Shown here: positions 27,144 through 35,445 of the stretch, one piece after another
How the letters are laid out: the number at the start of each line of letters is the position of its first letter
Numbering within the stretch: the first letter of the stretch is position 1
NCBI GenBank assembly: GCA_023473585.1
Contig: JAMCYU010000008.1
Span: 1-62,416 of the forward strand
DNA: 62,416 bases
Source: Patescibacteria group bacterium
Lineage (GTDB): Bacteria; Patescibacteriota; Microgenomatia; JAMCYU01
Direction of reading: 5' to 3'
The notes under the pieces: generated by a model
Databases searched by the model: none
What the model was told of the DNA's origin: nothing
Seen by the model: only the letters and a program-made list of their open reading frames with translations
Translations under genes and position numbers: made by a program

Positions 27144-27851
27144 ATGTTTGTTTTTGGTTGTCTTTCTCCTCATCCGCCTCTGCTTTTGCCAAATATTGGC
27201 AGCCCCGCTGACCGCCGAAAAGTCAAACACACCATTTCAGCTCTTACATCTTTGGCGCCAAAACTCGAAAAAGCCAAACCGGATATCGTGATTATCTCCA
27301 GTCCCCATCCCGACTGGGGTATCAATGTCCCCCTGTATTTTTTAAATCCTAATTTCCAATTTCTAAATTCTAAACAAATTTTAATGTCCAATGACCAATT
27401 CTTAATTAAAAAATTAGGTCAATTATTTAGGAATTCAGATTTAGAAATTAAAAATTCCGCAATTTTGCCTATCCTAACAACGTTAAACTCACCTCAGAAA
27501 CATTATCGCTATGGCCAAGAAATAATTAAGGCTATTCCTCCAAAATTGCGGCTGGCCTGGATTGCCTCAGGCGATATGAGCCATCGGCTTAAAAAAGACG
27601 GACCTTACGGTTTTCATCCTTCCGGCCCTAAATTTGACCAGAAATTTATTGAACTTTTAAAGAAGAAGAACACCCGGGGAATTTTAAATTTGGATCCGGA
27701 ATTGGCCGAAGAAGCCGGCGAATGCGGCCTGCGAAGTTTTTGCCTCCTTTTAGGTGCCCTGGAACAGGAAAAAATTAATTGGCAACCGGAAATCTTATCA
27801 TATGAGGGGCCGTTTGGCGTCGGTTATCTGGTCGCAAAACTTTATGATTGA
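27144..27851 (+). CDS. LigB-type (class III extradiol dioxygenase fold) / Memo-like protein
   Basis: SPHPPLL and ASGDMSHRL motifs. Contains a ~38-aa low-complexity insert at 27345-27458. Confidence 0.65.
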   Translation: MFVFGCLSPHPPLLLPNIGSPADRRKVKHTISALTSLAPKLEKAKPDIVIISSPHPDWGINVPLYFLNPNFQFLNSKQILMSNDQFLIKKLGQLFRNSDLEIKNSAILPILTTLNSPQKHYRYGQEIIKAIPPKLRLAWIASGDMSHRLKKDGPYGFHPSGPKFDQKFIELLKKKNTRGILNLDPELAEEAGECGLRSFCLLLGALEQEKINWQPEILSYEGPFGVGYLVAKLYD

Positions 27852-28365
27852 TTCTTATCTTTTATTAGCGCAAAAAACCGTTGAGGAGTATGTTAAAACG
27901 GGCCAGGTTATTTCTTTGCCCAGGGACTTGCCGAAAGAAATGCTGACTAAAAAAGCCGGCGTCTTTATTTCAATTCACCAAAAAGACGGTTCTTTAAGAG
28001 GCTGTATCGGAACATTTCTGCCTACGCAGGATAACCTCGCCCACGAGATTGTCCGTAATGCTATCGAATCGGCCACAGCCGATCCCCGCTTTTCGGCAAT
28101 TTTGGCCCAAGAATTGCCTGATTTAGTTTACAGCGTTGATATTCTCTCCGAACCGGAACCGGCCGAGAAAAAAGATCTTAACCCCAAAAAATACGGTCTG
28201 ATTGTCACCACGGCTGACGGCCGCCGCGGCCTGCTTCTGCCCGATTTGGAAGGGGTGGAGACAATCGAGCAACAAATATCTGTCTGCCGGCAAAAAGCCG
28301 GAATTGCCGAAACCGAACCGGTTTCCTTTTTGCGCTTCCGGGTAGAAAGACACGCGGAAAAATGA
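27844..28365 (+). CDS. AMMECR1 domain protein
   Basis: LRGCIGTF motif. The start at MIDSYLL (ATG 27844) overlaps the upstream stop at 27849-27851. Confidence 0.85.
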   Translation: MIDSYLLLAQKTVEEYVKTGQVISLPRDLPKEMLTKKAGVFISIHQKDGSLRGCIGTFLPTQDNLAHEIVRNAIESATADPRFSAILAQELPDLVYSVDILSEPEPAEKKDLNPKKYGLIVTTADGRRGLLLPDLEGVETIEQQISVCRQKAGIAETEPVSFLRFRVERHAEK

Positions 28366-28377
28366 TAAAATCGGCTC

Positions 28378-28941
28378 ATGGAAATTGTTAAAATTCCCCA
28401 TCCGGTTCTTTTTCAAAAGGCAAAGCCGGTTGAAAAAATTGATAAAAAGATCCTGGAACTAGTTGAGGAAATGAAAAAAACGCTCTTGGCAGCGGAAAAT
28501 CCGAAAGGGGTTGGTCTGGCCGCTCCCCAAGTCGGTAAGCCGCTGCGGATTTTTTTAACAAAGCCCTGGCCGAAATCGACAATTGGCGTTTTTATTAATC
28601 CCGAATTAAAAGACCAGTCCGAGGAATTAACCAGTGGTGTCCCCGAAAGGGATAATAAGCAGAGCTTTTCTTCGAATAAACTCGAAGGCTGTCTTTCCAT
28701 CCCTAAAATTTGGGGCGTGGTTAAAAGACACGAAAGGGTTACTCTTAAATACCAAACACCCGACGGCAAAACGCATGTGAAAAAATTCTCCGGCTTTATG
28801 GCCACCATTATTCAGCATGAGATGGACCATTTAGACGGCCGCCTTTTCTCTTCCCGAACCGTCGAGCAAAAGGGTAAGTTTTATCAAATTGAAAAAAATA
28901 AAAAGGGCGAAGAAGAACTGATAGAAATAGAATTAGCCTAA
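28378..28941 (+). CDS. def: Peptide deformylase
   Basis: GVGLAAPQVG, EGCLS and QHEMDHL motifs. Confidence 0.9.
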   Translation: MEIVKIPHPVLFQKAKPVEKIDKKILELVEEMKKTLLAAENPKGVGLAAPQVGKPLRIFLTKPWPKSTIGVFINPELKDQSEELTSGVPERDNKQSFSSNKLEGCLSIPKIWGVVKRHERVTLKYQTPDGKTHVKKFSGFMATIIQHEMDHLDGRLFSSRTVEQKGKFYQIEKNKKGEEELIEIELA

Positions 28942-28942
28942 G

Positions 28943-29833
28943 ATGATTAATACAGTTTTTTTTGGCACACCTGATTTCGTCTTACCGATTTGCGAGGCCC
29001 TACGTGATTTAAAAGAATTCCACCTTGCCGCTGTTATTACCAGTCCTGATAAACCGGTTGGCCGCAAGCAAATTCTCACTCCTTCTCCTGTCAAACAATG
29101 GGCGCTTAGTCATAAAATCCCAGTTTTTACTCCGGAAAAACTATCTACTACTAATTCCCAATTCCCATTATCCAATATCCAAGGTGATCTTGGCGTTCTC
29201 GCCGCTTACGGCAAGATCATTCCCCAGGAAATCATTGATTTTTTTCCCAAGGGCATTTTGGTTATCCATCCTTCGCTTTTACCCAAATACCGCGGCGCCT
29301 CGCCGGTCCCGGCCGCAATTTTAGCAGGCGACAAGGAAACCGGCGTGACCATTTTTAAAATGGATAACCTCATGGATCACGGTCCCATCGTTACCCAGTT
29401 TAGAGAAAAAATAAAAGCCGACGACACCACCGAAAGCCTTTTGACTAGGCTTTTTAGTAAGACAACGGATATCTTATTAACAATCTTAAAGCCATATATT
29501 GAAGACAAAATTATTCCAACAATTCAGGACCATAAAAAAGCGACTTTTTGTCCTCTTCTTAAAAAGGAAGATGGTAAAATTAACTGGCATTGGCCCACTC
29601 CTAAAATTGACCGTTTGGTTCGCGCCATGATTCCCTGGCCGGGAGCCTTTACTTACATAACACTAAACACTAAACGCCAAATACCAATTGTTAAGCGGTT
29701 AAAAATTTTAGAAACCCACTTATCGCTTAATACTAAATACTTGATACTTGATACTGTCCAACTGGAAGGCAAAAATCCTGTTTCGTGGCGACAATTTAAA
29801 CAAGCTTATCCCGAATTCGAGGTTACTTTTTAA
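28943..29833 (+). CDS. fmt: Methionyl-tRNA formyltransferase
   Basis: FFGTPDF, HPSLLPKYRG and PWPGAFT. Follows def by 1 nt. Confidence 0.9.
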   Translation: MINTVFFGTPDFVLPICEALRDLKEFHLAAVITSPDKPVGRKQILTPSPVKQWALSHKIPVFTPEKLSTTNSQFPLSNIQGDLGVLAAYGKIIPQEIIDFFPKGILVIHPSLLPKYRGASPVPAAILAGDKETGVTIFKMDNLMDHGPIVTQFREKIKADDTTESLLTRLFSKTTDILLTILKPYIEDKIIPTIQDHKKATFCPLLKKEDGKINWHWPTPKIDRLVRAMIPWPGAFTYITLNTKRQIPIVKRLKILETHLSLNTKYLILDTVQLEGKNPVSWRQFKQAYPEFEVTF

Positions 29834-29848
29834 TCGTTTTTTTCGTTC

Positions 29849-30112
29849 TCACCGGCTTTTTTGTTTCTTTTTCGGGAGTTCTTTTTTTGCTTCTAATTTA
29901 TAAGTCGCGATCTTGCCTTCTTTTTTGGCTTTAGAATAACATTTCATGCAGATTTTAATCTTTTTAGAGTCAGACGGATTTCCGGCCACCAGGATTTTCG
30001 CCAAACGTAAATTAGGCAAAAAGACTCTTTTGGTCCGGCGTTTTGAATAGGAAACATTATGACCAACCCTTTTTCCTTTACCGCAAATTTCGCATACTTG
30101 AGCCATAGACAC
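29849..30112 (-). CDS. rpmB: 50S ribosomal protein L28
   Basis: VCEICGKGKRVGHNVSYSKRRTKRVFLPNL. Confidence 0.85.
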   Translation of the reverse strand: MSMAQVCEICGKGKRVGHNVSYSKRRTKRVFLPNLRLAKILVAGNPSDSKKIKICMKCYSKAKKEGKIATYKLEAKKELPKKKQKSR

Positions 30113-30189
30113 CCCCTTTTAGAATAGGTTATACTATATCATAGGCAAACCTGATTTAGCAACAAATAGAATATTACCAATACTTACCA

Positions 30190-30588
30190 ATGTCAAATTC
30201 AAATAATCAATCAGAAAATAAAAAATATCAAAAACAAAAAACCATTGATATCCATGACCGAATCTATAAATTTGTAACCCGGGTTATTGAACTTACTAAA
30301 GCTCTCCCAAAAACTTCTCAAAATCTTGTTTTAATTAATCAGGTTATGCGTTCGGCTACTTCGATGGGGGCAAACGACCAAGAAGCTGATGGTAGTATCA
30401 CCAAAAAAGATTTTATTCACTGTCTCACAACCGTAAGAAAAGAAAGCAAAGAAACAAATTATTGGCTAACTCTTATTGCCGATACTAATTTGTCGATTAA
30501 GCCACGAATGAACGCCATACTCCAAGAAAATAAAGAAATCATCAAAATTATCAGCAGTATTATTACCAATACCAAATCCAAGATGTAA
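30190..30588 (+). CDS. Four-helix-bundle protein (23S rRNA-IVS / Avd-like family)
   Basis: 132 aa with IYKFVTRVIELTKALPK..., SATSMGANDQEA and ESKETNYWL, typical of the family. The N-terminus is low complexity. Confidence 0.75.
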   Translation: MSNSNNQSENKKYQKQKTIDIHDRIYKFVTRVIELTKALPKTSQNLVLINQVMRSATSMGANDQEADGSITKKDFIHCLTTVRKESKETNYWLTLIADTNLSIKPRMNAILQENKEIIKIISSIITNTKSKM

Positions 30589-30662
30589 TATTGGCTTATT
30601 TGTAGTATTATATTAGATTATTGGTAGTATTAGTATTTATTGGTAGTATTTTTAATTAAAAT

Positions 30663-31316
30663 ATGTTGGGTGAGCTTTTCAATAACCCGTTTTCCTTTTT
30701 TGTTTGGACATTGTCTTTACTTGTCGCCATTACCATTCATGAATTCTCTCACGCCTGGGCTTCTGACCGCTTAGGCGACCCCACCGCCCGCTTAATGGGC
30801 CGGCTGACCTTAAATCCCCTGGTTCATCTTGATCCTCTGGGAACTTTATTTTTGCTTTTCGCCCGCTTCGGCTGGGGCAAACCCGTTCCCTTTGACCCTT
30901 TTAATCTTAAAAATCCCCGCCGCGATGCCGCCTTAATTTCTTTAGCCGGACCGGGTTCCAATTTAATGACCGCCATCATTTTGTCTTTTATTTTGAAAAT
31001 TATCCCCGGTCTACCTTTTTCTTTAACCGCTTACCTTCTTATTCAGACTCTTCTGGTTCCCCTCATCATTATGTCGGTTTCTTTGGGAATTTTTAACCTT
31101 CTTCCGGTTTCGCCCCTGGACGGCTTTAAGATCGTGGCCGGTTTTCTACCGAAAAATTTGGCTTCTCAATGGGAAGAGTTGGAAAATTACGGCCTGTTGT
31201 TTTTGCTTTTAATGCTTTTTCCCATGGCCGGCGGTTCGCTTTTGACCAATATCATGAATCCTCTTCTTAATTTTGTCCTCACTCTTCTTCTCCCCGGCCT
31301 GGGCACGATTATTTAA
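30663..31316 (+). CDS. Site-2 protease (M50) family membrane metalloprotease
   Basis: HEFSHAW and NLLPVSPLDG. Confidence 0.8.
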   Translation: MLGELFNNPFSFFVWTLSLLVAITIHEFSHAWASDRLGDPTARLMGRLTLNPLVHLDPLGTLFLLFARFGWGKPVPFDPFNLKNPRRDAALISLAGPGSNLMTAIILSFILKIIPGLPFSLTAYLLIQTLLVPLIIMSVSLGIFNLLPVSPLDGFKIVAGFLPKNLASQWEELENYGLLFLLLMLFPMAGGSLLTNIMNPLLNFVLTLLLPGLGTII

Positions 31317-31351
31317 TGTCTTGACACGTTGATCTATTTTGTGCTAGTCTG

Positions 31352-31514
31352 AAATTGCCCTGGTTTTAAGGCGTGGAGTAAGACTATTTTCCTCTACAGT
31401 TTCATTAAACTTAAGGGCGGGGCGAATTGCTGAAGTCTGCGGATTTTAGCTGAGCCCTCCCACCTGGATTATCCGGGGAAACTTCTTACTTACTGCCTAA
31501 AACTGGGGCATTTT
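31352..31514 (+). ncRNA. Candidate structured, rod-like ncRNA (~160 nt), identity unknown
   Basis: Four nested helices found by hand: 31352-31367 pairs with 31499-31514 (15 of 16 pairs), 31369-31373 with 31494-31498, 31376-31383 with 31484-31491, and 31388-31394 with 31475-31481. A possible promoter lies upstream (TTGACA at 31321-31326, then 18 nt, then TAGTCT). The intergenic region is free of ORFs. Confidence 0.4.
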
Positions 31515-31541
31515 CGCTCTCCTTCTTCTTTGTGATATAAT
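31513..31541 (+). promoter_or_regulatory. Extended -10 promoter for the tRNA pair
   Basis: TGATATAAT (31533-31541) lies 14 nt before the first tRNA nucleotide. The -35 box is weak (TTCGCT). Confidence 0.5.
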
Positions 31542-31555
31542 TTTCCTGAAATCAA

Positions 31556-31627
31556 GCTGATGTAGCTCAATGGTAGAGCAGCTGTTTTGTAAACAGCAGG
31601 TTGTCGGTTCGAGCCCGACCGTCAGCT
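31556..31627 (+). tRNA. tRNA-Thr (anticodon TGT)
   Basis: Cloverleaf folded by hand: acceptor GCTGATG/CGTCAGC, D arm GCTC..GAGC, anticodon stem GCTGT/ACAGC with loop TTTGTAA, T arm GTCGG TTCGAGC CCGAC. No CCA is encoded. Confidence 0.9.
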
Positions 31628-31635
31628 CAAAAAAG

Positions 31636-31718
31636 GCCGGGATACTCAAGTGGCCAACGAGGGCAGTCTGTAAAACTGCTGGCGTAAGCCTACGTAGGTT
31701 CGAATCCTGCTCCCGGCA
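31636..31718 (+). tRNA. tRNA-Tyr (anticodon GTA), long variable arm
   Basis: Acceptor GCCGGGA/TCCCGGC, anticodon stem GCAGT/ACTGC with loop CTGTAAA, a class II variable arm, and T loop TTCGAAT. Confidence 0.9.
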
Positions 31719-31788
31719 CTTCCGCAAGCTTTGTCCGCTCAGTAACTGCTCTCTTGAAAAGATCTAAAACTCATGGTATCTTGATCAT

Positions 31789-32013
31789 ATGTTGGATAAA
31801 AACGATCTTTCGCAAATCAAAAAAATCGTTCACGAAGAAACGACTAAAATTATTGACGCTAAACTAAAACCTATCAAACAGGATATTGCCCAAATCAGAA
31901 ACGATCAAAAAACCATTATCGCCTTTTTCGACCGAGAATATTTAGATTTAAGAAAAAGGGTCGAAAGAATCGAAGGGCACCTCAATCTACCTCCTCTTTC
32001 CCAAGCTCAATAA
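31789..32013 (+). CDS. Small coiled-coil hypothetical protein (74 aa)
   Basis: Track ORF. No family recognised. Confidence 0.45.
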   Translation: MLDKNDLSQIKKIVHEETTKIIDAKLKPIKQDIAQIRNDQKTIIAFFDREYLDLRKRVERIEGHLNLPPLSQAQ

Positions 32014-32084
32014 TTACTAGTTTTAAACGTATGGTATGAGCTACGATACATCTTCGACGCTCCCTTGAAATCTTTCGCGCGCGC

Positions 32085-32103
32085 AAAAAACAGATCGTCT
32101 GTT
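32085..32103 (-). terminator. Intrinsic terminator after the metallophosphoesterase gene
   Basis: The minus strand reads AACAGA-cga-TCTGTT followed by TTTTG, 10 nt after the stop. Confidence 0.45.
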
Positions 32104-32112
32104 CCTTTGAAA

Positions 32113-32943
32113 TTATTCTACCCACATCTCTTTTTCCTCAAGATTGACTTCTGGGAGTGAAACATTAACCTCCAAAAACCTGGCCGGCTGGGTCTTTTTT
32201 TCGGTATAAATCGCCCCAACGGTTTGGGTTTTTAACCCATCATATCCGTAGGCACCAAGATAATGAATGTGGCCGGCAAAGAGTTCTCTAACCTTAAGGG
32301 CCTTAAACTCTCTAACTAAATTCGCGGCTTGACTCGCTACCTCCGGACTATCCTCACCCATAATATGGCTTAAATAAGCATGATTTAAGGGCATATGGGT
32401 AAAAACCAGACAATAAATTTTCGGGCATTCCTGTAACTCTTGCCTCAACCACGTCCCTTGATTCTCGCCGTTTAAACCGGTTACACCCTCAACGCCCAAT
32501 TGACCATCGGCATTATTGACCAAAATAAATTTGATTTTTTGGTTTTGAAACGACCGGAAGTCCGGCCCAAAAACCTCACGGAAATAATTAATCCCCGAAG
32601 CCCATAAATCGTGATTGCCGGGTAAAACAAAATACGGCAATTCATTTTTCTCCAAAACGGCCTTAACTTTTTTAAGCTCCACTAGCTCTCCCGAAGTCGT
32701 CAGGTCACCGGCAATCACCAGGAATTCACTTTTATCAGCCTTAACCCTGTCAATCGCCTTTTGCAGGCTTTCGGTATCGCTATGGATATCCGATAAAACG
32801 GCAAAACGGAAAGACGTTGCCGAAACTTTAGGTAAAGGAGAAATCGTTTCCTTAGGAGAGATTTCTTTGCCTTTAAGGAAAAGAAAAGGGACTAAAACCA
32901 AAAGCAGAAAAAAGAAAAATAAAATCCGGCGCAAGATTTTCAT
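32113..32943 (-). CDS. Exported metallophosphoesterase
   Basis: Signal-like N-terminus, with LSDIHSD, GDLT, GNHD and GHIH motifs. Confidence 0.85.
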   Translation of the reverse strand: MKILRRILFFFFLLLVLVPFLFLKGKEISPKETISPLPKVSATSFRFAVLSDIHSDTESLQKAIDRVKADKSEFLVIAGDLTTSGELVELKKVKAVLEKNELPYFVLPGNHDLWASGINYFREVFGPDFRSFQNQKIKFILVNNADGQLGVEGVTGLNGENQGTWLRQELQECPKIYCLVFTHMPLNHAYLSHIMGEDSPEVASQAANLVREFKALKVRELFAGHIHYLGAYGYDGLKTQTVGAIYTEKKTQPARFLEVNVSLPEVNLEEKEMWVE

Positions 32944-32964
32944 AAACCACGTTTTAAGTATAGC

Positions 32965-33975
32965 TTATTCCTTCAAATTTTTCTTAAAAAATTCCAAATC
33001 CCGCGCCGTAACCTGATCCCAATTGATGCTTAAATTATGATTATCGCCCTGATAAGTAAAATAAGTCACCGGTTTCCCCAAATTTTTCAGTCTTTGGACA
33101 AAATCTTCGGTCCAACCCACTTCAATATATTCGTCCCCTGTCCCCTGGTGAACCTGTATTGGCGCTTTAATATCGGCCAAATAAGTAGTCGTAGAAAATT
33201 TTTGCGGATTATAATCTTTAACAAAAAAGTCTAATCTTTGTTTGACTTTTAAACCCAAATCGTCAAGTTGATCCATGTAGGTCGTCACGGACTCGGGAAA
33301 ACCCTTAGTTACCGGTGCCCAAAGAACCGTCGGGATCATTTTTTGACTTATTTCCAAAACCGAGATGGCAATTTGACCGCCGTTGGAATGTCCCCAGAGG
33401 AAAATTTTATCGGCTTTGGCCTGATTAAGCGTCTTAACTGAAGCGAAAAGATCCAAAACAGCAACCGGCCGGTAAAACCGGTCTTCCAAAATATCGGGGT
33501 AAGTCGTATCCGAATAACCGAAACCTAAAAAATCGGGCGCCAAAGTTATAAATCCGTTTTCGGCAAAAAAAGCCGCCGGTTTTTTCGTCCCCATGCCGGT
33601 TGTGTAAATTTTATCGTCAACATACCCGCGCAACATAAGAACAACCGGAAATTTACCCTCGCCTTTGGGCAAATTTAACTGACCACTGATCTTTTTGCCG
33701 TCGGATTGGTAAAAAAAGACATAACTTGTATATTTTTCCTTTTTCTCCAAAACCCGGCCGATCTCGATTTGACTACCGATAAAAAGTCTTTTTTGCAAAT
33801 TTTCAAAGGCGTATTTTTCCAAAAGGCCAGGTTCTTTGGGTTTGTCGGATAAAGGAGAAACCACCGGCAGATTCTTTTTAGCCGAGGTCGTTTGCGAATA
33901 AACAAAACCGGCAGTGACGAAAAGAAAAAGGATCGGTAAAAAGATTAATTTTTTCATTTTACGCTTCAGAATCAT
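32965..33975 (-). CDS. Exported alpha/beta hydrolase (S9 / dienelactone-hydrolase-like)
   Basis: Signal-like N-terminus and the nucleophile elbow GHSNGG. Confidence 0.8.
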   Translation of the reverse strand: MILKRKMKKLIFLPILFLFVTAGFVYSQTTSAKKNLPVVSPLSDKPKEPGLLEKYAFENLQKRLFIGSQIEIGRVLEKKEKYTSYVFFYQSDGKKISGQLNLPKGEGKFPVVLMLRGYVDDKIYTTGMGTKKPAAFFAENGFITLAPDFLGFGYSDTTYPDILEDRFYRPVAVLDLFASVKTLNQAKADKIFLWGHSNGGQIAISVLEISQKMIPTVLWAPVTKGFPESVTTYMDQLDDLGLKVKQRLDFFVKDYNPQKFSTTTYLADIKAPIQVHQGTGDEYIEVGWTEDFVQRLKNLGKPVTYFTYQGDNHNLSINWDQVTARDLEFFKKNLKE

Positions 33976-34008
33976 TTTAACACAACGTCGGTTTTGACCG
34001 GCGATGGC

Positions 34009-34037
34009 TTGACAAATTATTAGGTATTATTTAAGAT
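34009..34037 (+). promoter_or_regulatory. Sigma70-type promoter, near-leaderless
   Basis: TTGACA (34009-34014), a 17-nt spacer, then TAAGAT (34032-34037). The ATG at 34046 lies 8 nt downstream. Confidence 0.5.
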
Positions 34038-34045
34038 GCCATCAC

Positions 34046-34252
34046 ATGAACGACAAAGAACGAGCCAGAAAATGCCTGCCGGGAAAGAATAGCCGCGCCG
34101 CCAGCCAAGCCATGATTTTAAACCTGGCTCTCGATTGTTTAACCCATGAGAGAACAAATTCACTGGCGCAACTCTTAACGGAAAACATGGAAGAAGTCAA
34201 TCATATCGTCCCAAAAGCAAGAATAAGATTTCAGCAAAAGCTGTTTGAATAA
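34046..34252 (+). CDS. Small hypothetical protein (68 aa)
   Basis: Track ORF with a good promoter directly upstream. Confidence 0.4.
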   Translation: MNDKERARKCLPGKNSRAASQAMILNLALDCLTHERTNSLAQLLTENMEEVNHIVPKARIRFQQKLFE

Positions 34253-34289
34253 ACTTCTGACGCCAATTCGTCTTGAATTAGAAAATAAG

Positions 34290-34955
34290 TTACTGAATCT
34301 TTGTAATCGCCACTTCTACTTTTTGGCTATCGGCTTTAAAGGTAAATTTAACCGGAAAGTTAAAAGCATTCTCAATGTATAAATTTTGATTTTGACTTTT
34401 CCAGCCGCTTTGGGGCAGCCAAAAAATCGCCGTCCCGAATTCCCTGGGCACTCCAGGAACCGGCAAAAAATCATGATTAGAAGGAGCTATAACTTTTAAA
34501 CGGGCTTCTTGAGCCACCCAGTTAATTAAGGTTGCCAAATGACAAACGCCGTCGCCAACCAGAAAGCCGTCGCTTTTAAAACCGTCTTCCCAGTTAAAAT
34601 GAGCGCCGGTCGTTTTGACAATTTTGCCCTTAAATTCCGGCAAAATATCCTCATGAAAGGCAAAAGCCTCGTTCGGTTTCAAAACAAAAGAGGTCTCAAA
34701 AGGTTGTCTGACTTTTTCCCAGTCAGGCTTATTTTGGGCATCGCCCTTAAGATAATGCAAATTAAGTAAAATATTGTCGGCAAAAACCTCGTTAACGCTT
34801 TTTTCCGGATAGCGATTTGTTAAATCCAAGGTCTTTTTCGCCAGGGGCTCACTATAAATCTCTTCAACCGCGTTGAAAAAACCCGCTGATGTAGCCTCAA
34901 GCGGTGTTGCAAGCGTTAAGCCTAAAAGTGATAAAGAAACCAAGATTTGTCCCAT
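34290..34955 (-). CDS. VanW-like domain protein, exported
   Basis: GDGVCHLATLINW resembles the VanW GGGVCQ.S.TLY motif. Signal-like N-terminus. Confidence 0.55.
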   Translation of the reverse strand: MGQILVSLSLLGLTLATPLEATSAGFFNAVEEIYSEPLAKKTLDLTNRYPEKSVNEVFADNILLNLHYLKGDAQNKPDWEKVRQPFETSFVLKPNEAFAFHEDILPEFKGKIVKTTGAHFNWEDGFKSDGFLVGDGVCHLATLINWVAQEARLKVIAPSNHDFLPVPGVPREFGTAIFWLPQSGWKSQNQNLYIENAFNFPVKFTFKADSQKVEVAITKIQ

Positions 34956-34978
34956 AAATTAATCCTCCATAGGCGAAT

Positions 34979-35004
34979 AAAAAAAGAGTACCGCCAGGTA
35001 CTCT
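34979..35004 (-). terminator. Intrinsic terminator-like hairpin
   Basis: The minus strand reads AGAGTACC-tggc-GGTACTCT followed by T7. Confidence 0.5.
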
Positions 35005-35114
35005 CATTTAGGGGCGCATTATACCAAAAAACTATAGGATAGTCAAGTTAGGCCAAGGCTTTTACGTATAATTATTTCCCCTTTCCCTTTTTTATGCTAA
35101 AATAAATCTATCTT

Positions 35115-35444
35115 ATGAATAACTCTTTTTCCCTTTTGCGTTTCATTCTGCAAACCATTATTTGCTTATCCATTTTGGCCGGCGGCGTGATTATTCTCAT
35201 TTTAAGAATCAGCGTCTGGAGCCTCGTTTTGGGTTTACCCATGGTCCAAATTGGCGTGTTCTTTTTGATTTTAAGTTTTGACGAGCTTGCCCGAAAAAAA
35301 TTTGGCAAAGAATCTATACAAGTCGTTCTTTGTTCTGTCTGCGGCCAACCAACCTACTCTCCTTCGTGGCAAAACGAACAAATCTGTCCGGCTTGCGAAA
35401 AAAAATTAAAAAACAAACTTCTAGAAGAAAAGAAGATTAAATAA
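35115..35444 (+). CDS. Two-TM protein with a C-terminal zinc ribbon (109 aa)
   Basis: CSVCGQ...CPACEKK. Preferred over the K/R-rich antisense ORF. Confidence 0.5.
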   Translation: MNNSFSLLRFILQTIICLSILAGGVIILILRISVWSLVLGLPMVQIGVFFLILSFDELARKKFGKESIQVVLCSVCGQPTYSPSWQNEQICPACEKKLKNKLLEEKKIK

Positions 35445-35445
35445 A

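Noticed and set aside
10201-30653. CRISPR array among the short tandem repeats
   Set aside because: The repeat units are 7-19 nt, directly abutting or 1 nt apart, and mostly inside ORFs. There are no 25-40-nt unique spacers and no cas genes in the window.
31352-31514. Calling the structured RNA candidate SRP RNA, tmRNA or RNase P RNA
   Set aside because: I could not find the SRP domain IV GGAA/AGCA motifs, a tRNA-like tmRNA end, or the RNase P GGAAAGUCCGG-type core. It is left as an unknown ncRNA candidate.
31497-31767. Track ORFs 31497-31727 (-) and 31570-31767 (+)
   Set aside because: Both lie across the tRNA-Thr and tRNA-Tyr genes, which fold into complete cloverleaves. The ORFs are by-products of the tRNA sequence.
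35108-35308. 66-aa minus-strand ORF
   Set aside because: It is a Lys/Arg-rich antisense shadow of the plus-strand two-TM zinc-ribbon ORF. There is no SD.
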